This document shows positions 61,601 to 64,000 of a stretch of 64,000 bases of DNA, piece after piece. Source of the stretch: Podospora anserina (lineage: Eukaryota); the NCBI GenBank assembly GCA_017654855.1, contig CM030334.1, positions 2,976,001 to 3,040,000 on the forward strand, in the 5' to 3' direction. The notes under the pieces were generated by a model. The model had not been told where the DNA came from and made no database searches. It worked only from the letters and a program-made list of their open reading frames with translations. The position numbers and the translations under genes were made by a program. How positions within the stretch are numbered: position 1 is the stretch's first letter; each line of letters starts with the position of its first letter.

Positions 61601-64000
61601 CCCCAAACCTCAAACCCAGGCTGAAGCTCTTTGGACCTGGACTTTGTGTCTTATTACACACGGACCCCACCATCAGCAAACGACGTGCAGGTCCGTTCAC
61701 ACTTTACCTGAGATTTCCAGCTTCCAGATTTCTTAGCATTGCGGAAGAGCTCGTGGTTTGGTTTTGTGGGTGGGAGGGGACCTGTCAATGCATCCCCACC
61801 GTCTTTACAAATCACCCGATGGTGCCCAGTCACCCAGTCTTGCACTCTTTGCGCCCACAGCGGCCAACGGCCTTGCATAAGAGAGGGCCACGATTCGCCT
61901 CAAGGCCTCTGCTTTCGGCATGGAGACCACCATTCGAGGTGATCGACAGAACCCCTATGAGATTGCTCGCTTTGACAGTCGATGGTCTCATCATGGCACC
62001 ACTGCGTGTTGTGTGTGTGCTATGCCTCTCTTGAAGGAGCTGACAATACTACCCAGGCACCACACCTAACCCTCGACGACATCTGGCTGCCAAATTTCAC
62101 CTGCAGCCATGCCACACGACCACGCAACCACAAGGGCGATGAAACCCCCAACCAGCGGCCTACATAGGTACGGGGGGGGGGGTTACCCGGAACAGTCGGG
62201 TCCTAGGTGGAGAGACGAACCCAATGGAGCTATCAGTTGAGCTTCTGCTGTGCCTTCTGGCCGAAATGCAATGCATCGCGATACCATGTGCAGAATGTAG
62301 TGTAGTTTAGACCGTTCTACCCCGCGACCGGAATCTGTGGACTGGCTGCAAGGTAACGATTTGACACGGGCGGTCCATGCCCAGCTATTCCCTTATTCCC
62401 TCGGGGAATGACGGCCGTGCTGCCTCCCAGCTCTGTATATCGTCTGTGTCGCTGTGGCTCTCTAGTGTTGGCCGCTCTTAGACCTTCCACGCTCGTGTGT
62501 GGCCTATCTAGCGGACCGCCGCGTACCTGACATGGTCGTGTATGCTGTCCCACCCGAAGCTTTAAAGTGCGTGCAGGTCCTTCCAGGAACACAGAGGCGA
62601 ACAGACGAACCAATGCGTGAGCTAGCTCCCGTTGGTTCACCGTCCTGCTGGAAGCCCCCCCGCGGGGCGACTCGTGCTGCTTGCTGAGACACCACGAGCA
62701 CGAGAAAAAAGGGCTTGGGTTCGGCGTTGGTTGTTGCGTAACGATGCCACATTCAACATCCAAAACCAGTGGCTTTTTGTCCCCATTGCTTATTATCCGG
62801 CTGGGGTGGCCGGCATCCTCCGTTGTCTTGAAATTTGATGTCCAAGTCGGGATGATCAGATAGAGTAGCTATCAGTGCTTTGTAAGAAGAATGATACACA
62901 CCTACATCCAATTAATTTCCCTTTACATGACTACTGCAGTCTGATCAACTCGGAGGTTTTTGATAGCTGCAAGGAGCTGCTCGTCGATGATAGGTAATCA
63001 TAGTGGCCGTTTTAAACTTTTTGGCTTAACAAGAAAGAATCGAGATTGATATTCAAAAGTGTCCAGGCGGGAAGGGAAGAGAGAGCTTTGACCACCTCCC
63101 CACTTCATCGCGGGGCAGCAGATGGGTTCCACTTAGTTCCAGGTCTTTGCCACAAGGGTCTCTCTTCGACTTGATGCTCCCAGATATCAATCATATTGAG
63201 TATTGAATTGGCACACGGATGGGAATTAGACACCCAGCTGCGACTCACAGGCCTTGTCGTGACATTGCGTATCGCAATTTTACTCGAATGCACGAAATGG
63301 CAAATCCCATCGCGGCATGGCCACTACGACAACCGCAACCACACAACGTCGTGATCGGTTGGTGTCCAGGCTTTGTCATCATGGCTCCCGGACTCGAAAC
63401 TCTCGAGTTGCTCAACGTGAGTTATGCCTCCCGTCATTGGCTTTTGCATCTGTCTCTTGACTGCCAGATCTCGCAGCATAATTGTGCATTGCCCTACACA
63501 CCGACAGGTGTATGGGCTACAGATGCCCATGCCCCCCTCACCTCGATCCCGATCCAACAGGAGTTGTCGTTGACCCCTGCCTCGACAATGGGATTGTGAC
63601 GAGCTCTCATCACGAGTTCGTTTCGATATTAGCAGCCACCACCCACCACGTCTCTGATCAAAATGTTTGCCCGTTTTGATTCAGGCACAGCAGACCAGTT
63701 CAAGCTGGCTTCACCGCTCGTCTGTCTCACCTTTCTGGCCCTCTGAGTAGATGCGTAATGGGTGCAGCTCCCCGCGAAACAGTCCCGACGGCGTGAGACA
63801 ACTCTCGCTCTGGCCTTCGTCTCCGAGACCTGCTTGCTGCTGGTCGCCGCCGACAACGCCGCCGAAACGCCTCCAGCTGCCGGCCTTCGAGAAACCCTAG
63901 CGAAAAGCAGTTTGTGGCATACAACGTCTTTTTCATTGGCCGCGTCCTTGCCACACCATGCCGGAGCATCACACCCTCCTTTCTCACTGGCAAAAGCTTC

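Noticed and set aside
62218-62231. AACCCAATGGAGCT resembling the 3' conserved region of yeast RNase MRP RNA
   Set aside because: I found no upstream GAAAGUCUCC-type partner for helix P4; likely chance. An Rfam search would settle it.

Overview
Gene-dense genomic DNA from a filamentous ascomycete. It has short GT-AG introns with CTRAC/CTAAC branch points, and gene content and composition suggest Sordariales, probably Podospora (inference). I reconstructed about 20 protein-coding genes by hand: a Skg6/Tos2-like membrane protein, GET2, a Mae1/SLAC1 transporter, a PRS5-type PRPP synthase, RPC17, an atypical Rho-like GTPase, DEG1/PUS3, GPI15, an OLE1-type desaturase, an EEP/TDP2-like nuclease, an RCHY1-like CHY-RING ligase, RPL27, NCE101, a TTC36/HmgX-like gene divergent from hppD, glfB divergent from glfA, a group X hybrid histidine kinase, a HET-domain gene with one in-frame stop, and a large WD40 protein. 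I saw no tRNA, rRNA or transposon. The most interesting signals are at stop codons. (1) The kinase ends in the readthrough motif TGA-CTA-G, followed by a 23-codon hydrophobic extension that looks like a tail anchor. (2) The transporter's TAG sits in a UUAGAG A-to-I editing context and is followed by 78 open codons; the gene also has a hydrophobic uORF with an AUGA stop-start overlap. (3) The HET gene is intact except for one TAA. All functional claims come from recognising motifs by eye; no searches were run.
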